Shown here: positions 24,777-32,000 of the stretch, one piece after another
How positions within the stretch are numbered: position 1 is the stretch's first letter
Layout of the letters: each line of letters starts with the position of its first letter
DNA from: an uncultured Erysipelotrichaceae bacterium
GTDB taxonomy: Bacteria > Bacillota_I > Bacilli_A > Erysipelotrichales > Erysipelotrichaceae
Assembly (NCBI GenBank): GCA_964401865.1
Contig: CAYNZZ010000005.1
Span: 58,848-90,847 of the forward strand
Reading direction: 5' to 3'
DNA length: 32,000 nt
Made by a program: the position numbers and the translations under genes
Notes under the pieces: generated by a model
What the model saw: the letters and a program-made list of their open reading frames with translations, nothing else
Databases searched by the model: none
What the model was told of the DNA's origin: nothing

Positions 24777-26339
24777 ATGAAAAAAGTATTATTGGTATTA
24801 ACAGTATTTATGTTACTTATCACTTCTACTGCTTGTTCATCATCTAAGCCAAATACAGGTGATGATCAACAAAGCAGTCAAAAGACTACTATGCATATTG
24901 AACTTATAACTGCTCCAGTTGGTATGCATCCACTAAAGACAAATGACAGTCCTTCTACTTATGTCGGCGGTCAAATTTTTGAAACATTATATGAGCGTAC
25001 GGTTGGCGGTACTGAATATGTTCCGCTATTAGCTGAATCTATGCCAGAATATTCCGATGATCAACTAACAGCTACTATTCATCTAAGAAAAGGTGTTACT
25101 TTCCACGATGGTACTCCATTCACTGCTGATGCAGTTGCTTATATGATTGATTCAATCAAAGATCCAGATTACGGTTCACAAAGAAAATCAATCGTTGAAT
25201 CTATTGAATCATATGAAATTATTGATGAGAATACTATCGCTTTACATTTAGCATATGTTGATGGTGTATTAGTTTCTAAATTAGCTCATACTAATTCTGC
25301 CATTGTTAATCCTGAATTAGATAAAACTAAGGATTTATTGATCGATCCAACTGGTGCTGGTACTGGTGCCTATGAATTTGTTTCTTCAGTTCCTGGTTCA
25401 ACATATACATTAAAAGCTAATGAAAATTATTGGAATGGTGCTCCGGAAGTTAAAGAAGTAGTATACGATGTAGTTGCTGATGAAGCTACTGCTGTTGCTC
25501 GTCTACAAACTGGTGAAGCTGATTTCTTAACTGGTGTATCTGCTGATGCATATAACACAGTGTCTAATATTTCTGGATATACTACTATTAATGAAACAAA
25601 CAGTTCAATTTACTACCTAGGTTTAAGAAGTAATGAAGCTGCTATCAATCCATTAATGAGCAATGTTGAATTCCGTAAGGCAATTATTGAAGCTATCGAT
25701 TTTAATACATTTATCGATACAATGTTAAATGGTTTAGCTTCTAGATCTCAATCTATCGTAGGTCCTACTTTGGTTGGATATGTTAAAGAAATGGAAAATG
25801 CTGGTTACACATATAACCTAGAAGATGCTAAGAAGATTGTTGAAGACAATGGTTGGGCTGGTCAAGAAATAACATTATTTACTTCAACAAGAAAATGGCA
25901 GCAAGACCTTGCAGTTTATATGCAAGCTGAATTAGCAGAAGTTGGTATTAAATTAAACATCGTTTCAGAAGAATGGGCTTCATTCTTAACAAATGCTAAA
26001 GAAGATAAGAAATTCGATATCATTATCTTAACATGGTCAAATGTTACAGGTGATGGTCAACAAATGCTAGAACCTAACTTCTCAACAGCAAATGGTCTGC
26101 GTGTTAAATATAATAACGCTGAATTCGATGAAATGGTTCAAAATTCTGTATATACAACAGTTCTTGAAGAAAGACAAGCTTGCATGTTAGAAGCTGTAAA
26201 TAAGCTTCAAGGCGATGCAGTCGCTACACCAATTTACACAGCAAACCAAGTTTATACTTACAACTCAAACGATTTTGCTGGAGTTAAACTAGGCGCTGAT
26301 GGACAGTTTAATATTAAAGACTTCAAACTAGCAAAATAA
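24777..26339 (+). CDS. Peptide/nickel-family (cluster C, family 5) substrate-binding lipoprotein
   Basis: Lipobox LITSTAC. 520 aa, with the size and motifs (VTFHDGTPFTADAV, NENYW) of OppA/DppA-type binding proteins. Confidence 0.85.
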   Translation: MKKVLLVLTVFMLLITSTACSSSKPNTGDDQQSSQKTTMHIELITAPVGMHPLKTNDSPSTYVGGQIFETLYERTVGGTEYVPLLAESMPEYSDDQLTATIHLRKGVTFHDGTPFTADAVAYMIDSIKDPDYGSQRKSIVESIESYEIIDENTIALHLAYVDGVLVSKLAHTNSAIVNPELDKTKDLLIDPTGAGTGAYEFVSSVPGSTYTLKANENYWNGAPEVKEVVYDVVADEATAVARLQTGEADFLTGVSADAYNTVSNISGYTTINETNSSIYYLGLRSNEAAINPLMSNVEFRKAIIEAIDFNTFIDTMLNGLASRSQSIVGPTLVGYVKEMENAGYTYNLEDAKKIVEDNGWAGQEITLFTSTRKWQQDLAVYMQAELAEVGIKLNIVSEEWASFLTNAKEDKKFDIIILTWSNVTGDGQQMLEPNFSTANGLRVKYNNAEFDEMVQNSVYTTVLEERQACMLEAVNKLQGDAVATPIYTANQVYTYNSNDFAGVKLGADGQFNIKDFKLAK

Positions 26340-26367
26340 TCTACTTTTAACAAAAGGGGGTAAAGCA

Positions 26368-27336
26368 ATGGAAAAAGTATTAGATATTCAAAATTTATGC
26401 ACGACATTTACTATTCAAAAAAAGGATTATGAAGTATTACATGATATTTCATTTTCAATCGGTAGAAATGAGACGGTTTGTGTGGTAGGAGAATCAGGTT
26501 GTGGAAAGAGCGTTACAACTCTTTGTATAATGCGACTACTTCCTAAAAACGGAAAAATACAAAGTGGTCAAATATTATTGGATAATGTCGATTTAACAAA
26601 ATTATCAAAGAGAGAAATTCGTAAATATCGTGGTAAAAAGATGGGTATGATTTTCCAAGAACCAATGACAGCTTTGAACCCCCTTTTAACTATTGGTTAT
26701 CAAATGCGTGAAACTATTATGCTTCACCGTGGTTTAAACAAGAAGGAAGCTAATGAATTAGCGGTCAGCTATTTAAAAAAAGTAGGCATTGCTAATCCAG
26801 AAGATCGTTTGAAACAATATCCATTTCAACTTAGTGGCGGTTTAAGGCAAAGAATTTTGATAGCTATGGTTTTATCGGCACAGCCAGACTTATTAATCGC
26901 TGACGAGCCAACTACTGCACTAGATGTTACTATTCAAAAACAGGTATTAAATCTCTTAAACGATTTAAAAAAGGATATGAATGCCGGAATCTTATTTATT
27001 ACTCACGATTTAGGTGTTGTGGCTGAAATAGCTGATCGTGTAGTAGTTTTATACGCTGGTCGAAAAGTTGAGGAAGGAACTACTGAACAGATATTCAATA
27101 ATCCTCAACATCCATATACAATTGGTCTAATGAATGCAGTACCAAATGTCGATTTAGATGATTTTGATATTAAACCTATTCCGGGTATCTTCCCAAATAT
27201 CACCGAAGAAATAAAAGGATGTCGTTTTAATCCTCGTTGTCCAAGAGCTCATGAATGCCCATTGTGTTTTGAAAAAGCACCTGAAAGTGTTGAAGTAGAG
27301 AGCGGACACTTCGTATCTTGCCACTTAGTGAAATAA
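26368..27336 (+). CDS. Peptide ABC transporter ATP-binding protein (OppD/DppD-like)
   Basis: Walker A GESGCGKS, MIFQEPMTALNP, signature LSGGLRQR, Walker B LLIADEPTTALD, and the C-terminal oligopeptide-type Cys motif CRFNPRCP. Confidence 0.92.
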   Translation: MEKVLDIQNLCTTFTIQKKDYEVLHDISFSIGRNETVCVVGESGCGKSVTTLCIMRLLPKNGKIQSGQILLDNVDLTKLSKREIRKYRGKKMGMIFQEPMTALNPLLTIGYQMRETIMLHRGLNKKEANELAVSYLKKVGIANPEDRLKQYPFQLSGGLRQRILIAMVLSAQPDLLIADEPTTALDVTIQKQVLNLLNDLKKDMNAGILFITHDLGVVAEIADRVVVLYAGRKVEEGTTEQIFNNPQHPYTIGLMNAVPNVDLDDFDIKPIPGIFPNITEEIKGCRFNPRCPRAHECPLCFEKAPESVEVESGHFVSCHLVK

Positions 27337-27347
27337 GGAGAATGACT

Positions 27348-29069
27348 ATGAATGAAGAAAAAGTGTTAATAAAAGCTAAAAAACTTAAAAAATATTTTCC
27401 TATTTCTAAAGGAGTCAATCTTAAAGCTGTTGAAGATGTAAGCTTTAAGATTTATGAGGGTGAAAAGTTTGGAGTTGTAGGTGAGAGTGGCTGTGGTAAA
27501 TCGACACTAGGTAGAGTTATCCTTCAACTTTATCCTCAAACATCAGGTTCTTGTGTTTATCACGGGAAATCAATTCAGGAATTAAATCCTAAATATATTC
27601 AAAAAGAAATCAATAGTTTAAAGAGTTATCAAACCAGTGCTCAAAAGTTTTATCAGGATAGTTTAGAAATTGATAAAAAGGTTGAAGAACTTGTTGCGAT
27701 TCGTTCACAATTTGATAGTGATGGAAGTTCTACTGATGCTAAGAAATATGATAAATGTTCAACTGAAATAGCTAAATTAGAATTTAAATCCAAAGAATTG
27801 AAGAAAAATGCTTCCAGACAATTAAGAGAAGGGAGCAGAACTGTTGGTTCGTTAATATGCTGCGAGAATATTGACGAAATTGCATCGTTATTTTCTAAGG
27901 CTGAACAGGAAGTTCATGCCGCTCACTTAGCTCTGGTTAAAAGAAATGAGATGCAAAATAAATATGATGAAAATGAAGTTAATATTGGACATATCGAAAA
28001 TATTGATTCATCTATTGCTGAATTGCAGGCAAAAAAGGAACTCAATGAGGCTGAGAATTATCAATTAGCTGACTTGCTAGACATTAAAAAGAAAGTCGAA
28101 AAGTTAAAGATTGAGGATTTAAGGAAAGAAAATGAGACTTTAAAACCTGAAATCGAAAAGATGAATGTAGAAATTGAAGCTCATCATCAAAAAGAAATGG
28201 AATATCGAGGTATCGCTTTCTCTTATCGCGGTAAGAATATTTTGCCTATCACCGAGAGAACAAGTGATGAAGAATATTTGAAGAAATTAGATGATAACTA
28301 TGAAACAGGCATCAATTTAAATAAACTTACTAAAGCTGAGATGCGCACTATAAGAAGAGATATGCAGATGATTTTCCAAGATCCTGCTGCTTCTTTAGAC
28401 CCTAGACAATCTATCGGTAAGGCAATTGAAGAAGTTTATGCCTTAAATACCAATATGTCTAAGCGTGTCAGAAAAGAAAAAACCATGCAGCTGCTCACTA
28501 AAGTTGGCTTGAAAAGAGAACATTACTATTCTTACCCTCACGCCTTATCTGGTGGTCAGAAACAAAGAGTTGGTATCGCTAGAGCTATTGCTCTAGACCC
28601 TAGCTTTGTAGTGTTAGATGAAGCAGTATCGGCACTTGACGTTTCTGTTCAAGCTCAAATTTTGGAACTTTTACAGGAACTAAGCGAAGAAAAACATTTA
28701 ACTTACTTCTTTATTACTCATGACTTAGGAGTCGTTAAACACTTTGCTGATCGCATTATGGTTATGTACTTAGGTAATGTTTGTGAATTAGCTCAAAGCA
28801 AAGAATTATTTAAACATCGTCTTCACCCTTACACTGAGAGTTTATTGAACTCTGTTCCACGTTTGACATTGCAAAAAGATCGTAAAGCTAAGGAAGAAAC
28901 GATTGAAGGTGAGGTTCCAAGCGCTATTAATCCACCAAGCGGTTGCCCTTTCCATACTCGTTGTAAGAAATGCATGGAAATTTGTAAGACTGTGAAACCA
29001 AAATATGTTGAGGCAATGCCTAATCATTTTGTTGCTTGCCACTTATACGATGAAATGAAGGAGAATTAA
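27348..29069 (+). CDS. Peptide ABC transporter ATP-binding protein (OppF/DppF-like) with a ~250-aa coiled-coil insertion
   Basis: Walker A GESGCGKST (near 27480), then a Lys/Glu-rich insertion at about 27588-28340. The Q-loop MIFQDPAASLDP, signature LSGGQKQR, Walker B VVLDEAVSALD, H-loop ITHDL and CPFHTRC follow. The start at 27348 is chosen for AAGGAG 7 nt upstream. Confidence 0.88.
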   Translation: MNEEKVLIKAKKLKKYFPISKGVNLKAVEDVSFKIYEGEKFGVVGESGCGKSTLGRVILQLYPQTSGSCVYHGKSIQELNPKYIQKEINSLKSYQTSAQKFYQDSLEIDKKVEELVAIRSQFDSDGSSTDAKKYDKCSTEIAKLEFKSKELKKNASRQLREGSRTVGSLICCENIDEIASLFSKAEQEVHAAHLALVKRNEMQNKYDENEVNIGHIENIDSSIAELQAKKELNEAENYQLADLLDIKKKVEKLKIEDLRKENETLKPEIEKMNVEIEAHHQKEMEYRGIAFSYRGKNILPITERTSDEEYLKKLDDNYETGINLNKLTKAEMRTIRRDMQMIFQDPAASLDPRQSIGKAIEEVYALNTNMSKRVRKEKTMQLLTKVGLKREHYYSYPHALSGGQKQRVGIARAIALDPSFVVLDEAVSALDVSVQAQILELLQELSEEKHLTYFFITHDLGVVKHFADRIMVMYLGNVCELAQSKELFKHRLHPYTESLLNSVPRLTLQKDRKAKEETIEGEVPSAINPPSGCPFHTRCKKCMEICKTVKPKYVEAMPNHFVACHLYDEMKEN

Positions 29070-29070
29070 G

Positions 29071-30687
29071 ATGATATTCGATCCACTATTTCAAAATTAT
29101 CACTCAAATCGTTATCTCGTTACAGCTAAAAACGGAATGGTCGCTACCGGCAGCAATCTTGCCAGTGCTGCGGGATTAGAGATTTTACGAAAAGGCGGTA
29201 ATGCAGTTGATGCAGCAGTTGCGACAGCGGCTGCCTTAACGGTTGTTGAGCCCACTGCCAATGGTATTGGTGGTGATGCATTTGCGATAGTTTATATGAA
29301 AGATAAACTTTATGGATTAAATGCTTCCGGATATTCGCCTAATAATATTGATGTTGAAAAGATTAAATCAGAAGTAAGTGATGGGAAAATGCCAAAATAT
29401 GGCTGGACTCCTGTTACGGTTCCGGGTGCTCCAAAGGCTTGGGCAAGTCTAGTTGAAAGATTTGGCAATTTGAGCTTATATGAGTGCTTAAAACCGGCTA
29501 TTGATTATGCTGAAAAAGGTTATCCTATTTCACCAATGTTGGGCAAAATGTTTAAAAATGCCACCAAGAAGTTTAAAGAAACTCTTGGGGATGAAGAACA
29601 ATATGCCGAATGGTTTAAAACATTCACGAAAGAAAATAAAGAAAGTTATGATTTTGGTGACATCATCACTTTAAAGAATCACGGTAAAACTTTAAGATTG
29701 ATAGGTGAAACAAATGCTGAGGCTTTCTATACTGGTGAAATAGCTGAAAAAATTGATTTTCAAAGTAAAAGAGATGGCGGATATTTGCGATATGAAGATT
29801 TGGCTAGCTATGATGTTAGCTGGGTTGAACCAATTAGTGTTAATTATCGTGGTTATGATGTTTGGGAAATTCCACCAAACGGTCAAGGTATTGTTGCATT
29901 AATGGCTTTGAATATTTTATCTAATGGTGAATATCATAGTCGTGAAGATGTAAATACTTTGCACACTCAGTTTGAAGCTATGAAGATGGCTTTTGCCGAT
30001 GGAATGCACTATGTAACTGATCCTAGCAAGATGACTATTGATTATAATAGTTTGATTGACAAAGGTTATGGTACAAAGCGTTTTGAGGAAATAGGCAATG
30101 AGGCAAAGGAACCGGAAGTTGCAAATCCGCCAAAGAGCGGTACTGTATATCTATGTACAGCAGATAGCGAAGGAAATATGGTTTCTTACATTCAAAGTAA
30201 TTATATGGGTTTTGGCAGTGGCATTGTAATTGAAGATTATGGCGTATCTATGCAGAATAGAGGTGCAGATTTCTCTTTAGATCCAAAGTCGTATAATTAT
30301 CTATGTCCTCATAAAAAGACATACCACACTATCATTCCTGGTTTCTTAACAAAAGACGGAAAAGCAGTTGGGCCATTCGGAGTAATGGGCGGTTATATGC
30401 AACCGCAAGGTCATGTGCAAGTTGTTACTAATATGATAGACTTCCATATGAATCCACAAATGGCTCTTGATGCTCCTAGGTGGCAATGGGTGAGTGGAAA
30501 GAAATTTATGGTTGAACCTAATTTCAATAAAGCCATTGTTGAGCAGTTGATTGCAAAAGGGCATACAATCGAAATTGCAACAAGTTCTGTATCGTTTGGT
30601 AGGGGACAAATCATATTAAAATTAGATAATGGTGTATTGGTCGGCGCTTGTGAATCGCGTACCGATTCTAATATTGCATGTTATTAA
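29071..30687 (+). CDS. ggt: Gamma-glutamyltransferase family protein
   Basis: 538 aa. The N-terminus GGNAVDAAVA...EPTANGIGGD, the autoprocessing/nucleophile region PKSGTVYLCTADSEGNMVSYIQSNY, and FGVMGGYMQPQGH are typical of the GGT Ntn-hydrolase family. Confidence 0.88.
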   Translation: MIFDPLFQNYHSNRYLVTAKNGMVATGSNLASAAGLEILRKGGNAVDAAVATAAALTVVEPTANGIGGDAFAIVYMKDKLYGLNASGYSPNNIDVEKIKSEVSDGKMPKYGWTPVTVPGAPKAWASLVERFGNLSLYECLKPAIDYAEKGYPISPMLGKMFKNATKKFKETLGDEEQYAEWFKTFTKENKESYDFGDIITLKNHGKTLRLIGETNAEAFYTGEIAEKIDFQSKRDGGYLRYEDLASYDVSWVEPISVNYRGYDVWEIPPNGQGIVALMALNILSNGEYHSREDVNTLHTQFEAMKMAFADGMHYVTDPSKMTIDYNSLIDKGYGTKRFEEIGNEAKEPEVANPPKSGTVYLCTADSEGNMVSYIQSNYMGFGSGIVIEDYGVSMQNRGADFSLDPKSYNYLCPHKKTYHTIIPGFLTKDGKAVGPFGVMGGYMQPQGHVQVVTNMIDFHMNPQMALDAPRWQWVSGKKFMVEPNFNKAIVEQLIAKGHTIEIATSSVSFGRGQIILKLDNGVLVGACESRTDSNIACY

Positions 30688-30712
30688 AAAACGAGATTAG
30701 CTCTCGTTTTTT
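30685..30712. terminator. Bidirectional intrinsic terminator between ggt and alr
   Basis: AAAAAA, ACGAGA (30691-30696), loop TTAGC, TCTCGT (30702-30707), then TTTTTT. It overlaps the last codons of alr. Confidence 0.8.
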
Positions 30713-31818
30713 GTATGGTATTCATTAATTTCAAATCTTGGCGAAACGACATATTTGATATTTTTAGCATCATCAATGAAGATTCGATTGATACGGTCGG
30801 ATAAGTTGGTAATTATTTCATAAGGTATGGTGTCAAGTCTTTTGGCCATATCTTCTAATTTAATATGTTTGCCGAATATTTCGACCTTGGTATGTTCATC
30901 ATATTTGTTTTGACTTTCAATAAAACATTGATCCATACAAATATTACCAACGATGGTTGCGATTTCATTTTTAATATAAACCTTTCCGCCACTATTTTTT
31001 CTAATTAAACCGTCAGCATAACCGATAGGAAGAACGGAAATGTATTTATTCCCATCGCTAGTATATTTTAATCCATATCCGACTCCTTCGCCTTTTTCTA
31101 TTTTTTTCGATTCGATAACCTCGCTATAAAGCGATAGAGCGGGCTTTAATTCGCTTTTAGTATTTGAATAACCCCAAAGACCTAATCCGACTCTAATGTG
31201 GCTAGAAATGTCGTCTTGAAATTTAATACTGGCATCAGTATTTGAAGTGTGGATATATTTTAAATTAGTCCCTATTGCATTGAATGCTTCTTTGAATGTT
31301 TGATATTGCTTGTTAGTAAAAATATCATCAGGATTGTCGCTACATGCATAATGAGTCATTAAACCTTCAACTTTTGCGCCATGGAGATTTAGATAGTCAT
31401 AAATTTCTTTAGCATTATTTGGACTTATTCCAAGTCTGTGCATGCCGCTATCAATTTTGATGTGGAATTTGAGATCTTTTAATTCGCCTTTTAAGCTGTA
31501 AATGTAATTTTCTGATATTGTAATAATTGATAAATGGTATTTTTTTATTAAAGCTAAATCTTTTTTGTTTACATATCCTAAAATTAAAATGTCAATACTA
31601 ATATTATGACTTCTTAGTTTTAAAGCTTCGTCTAATGATGATACTGCAACGATGTCGATACCACTTTCTTCAAGTACTTTGGCGATAAAATAATCGCAGG
31701 TTCCGTAAGCATTAGCTTTTATGACTGGTATAATATCTTTGTTACTAATGTTTTTTAAATAGTCGATGTTATATAATAGACTATCAATGTTGATGGTTAG
31801 ATACGTATTTCTGTGCAT
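30697..31818 (-). CDS. alr: Alanine racemase
   Basis: 373 aa. PLP-lysine motif PVIKANAYG, plus GMHRLG, RVGLGLWGY and GYADG motifs. GAGGTA RBS upstream on the minus strand. Confidence 0.93.
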   Translation of the reverse strand: MHRNTYLTINIDSLLYNIDYLKNISNKDIIPVIKANAYGTCDYFIAKVLEESGIDIVAVSSLDEALKLRSHNISIDILILGYVNKKDLALIKKYHLSIITISENYIYSLKGELKDLKFHIKIDSGMHRLGISPNNAKEIYDYLNLHGAKVEGLMTHYACSDNPDDIFTNKQYQTFKEAFNAIGTNLKYIHTSNTDASIKFQDDISSHIRVGLGLWGYSNTKSELKPALSLYSEVIESKKIEKGEGVGYGLKYTSDGNKYISVLPIGYADGLIRKNSGGKVYIKNEIATIVGNICMDQCFIESQNKYDEHTKVEIFGKHIKLEDMAKRLDTIPYEIITNLSDRINRIFIDDAKNIKYVVSPRFEINEYHTKNES

Positions 31819-31863
31819 ATGAAGTACCTCGAAAAATTTCTATAAAAATAATAACATAAATTG

Positions 31864-31893
31864 TTGACTAATTATTAAAAAGTGTGGTATATT
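31864..31893 (+). promoter_or_regulatory. Promoter candidate for tRNA-Val
   Basis: TTGACT (31864-31869), 18 nt, TATATT (31888-31893), 27 nt upstream of the tRNA 5' end. Confidence 0.55.
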
Positions 31894-31920
31894 AGGAAAG
31901 CACTAAAGGTGCGGGACCAT

Positions 31921-31996
31921 GGAGGTTTAGCTCAGTTGGGAGAGCATCTGCCTTACAAGCAGAGGGTCAGCGGTTCGAGCCCGTTAACCTCCACCA
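31921..31996 (+). tRNA. tRNA-Val (anticodon UAC), CCA encoded
   Basis: GGAGGTTTAGCTCAGTTGGGAGAGCATCTGCCTTACAAGCAGAGGGTCAGCGGTTCGAGCCCGTTAACCTCCACCA, with a full cloverleaf and anticodon loop CT-TAC-AA. Confidence 0.93.
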
Positions 31997-32000
31997 TTTT

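Noticed and set aside
22887-30614. Short minus-strand ORFs across the opp-ggt operon (22887..23135, 23187..23468, 24238..24519, 27227..27418, 28842..29042, 29692..29886, 30346..30614)
   Set aside because: They are antisense to strongly supported operon genes, with no RBS or motifs.
1-32000. Alternative genetic code (Mollicutes-type TGA=Trp) suggested by the low GC content and long OppF
   Set aside because: TGA clearly terminates hprK (ATGA overlap with lgt), and no strongly supported gene needs an in-frame TGA. Code 11 fits all intact genes.

Overview
This window looks like a low-GC Bacillota (Firmicutes) chromosome using the standard bacterial code; TGA acts as a stop, for example at the end of hprK. 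All protein-family calls come from motif reading by eye, because no database search was possible. Positions 1-13.2 kb hold housekeeping genes: a partial GH25 lysozyme, a MATE exporter, two unknown minus-strand genes, a DUF885-like lipoprotein, ung, folC, uvrA, hprK and an lgt fused in frame to a PpaX-like HAD phosphatase. A minus-strand tRNA cluster (Asn-Glu, then Lys) follows, with its own promoters and terminators. Positions ~13.4-22.7 kb are visibly more GC-rich than the flanks (spot counts of single 60-nt lines: ~42-45% inside, ~25% outside) and look like an acquired island. The island opens with a single 705-codon ORF that fuses a complete IS1595-type zinc-ribbon/DDNK transposase to a complete DEDDh (DnaQ-like) 3'-5' exonuclease through an AT-hook-like linker; this is my top candidate for something undescribed. 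Next come three consecutive genes broken by in-frame stops (an XRE regulator, a small lipoprotein and a remnant), then an intact TetR, MMPL transporter and YhgE/Pip-like heptad-repeat lipoprotein cassette. Positions 22.9-30.7 kb are an Opp/Dpp-type peptide ABC operon (two permeases, a binding lipoprotein, two ATPases) ending in gamma-glutamyltransferase; the second ATPase carries a ~250-aa coiled-coil insertion. The window ends with alr (minus strand) and a tRNA-Val. I found no rRNA genes or CRISPR arrays, and no convincing terminal inverted repeats for the transposase gene.
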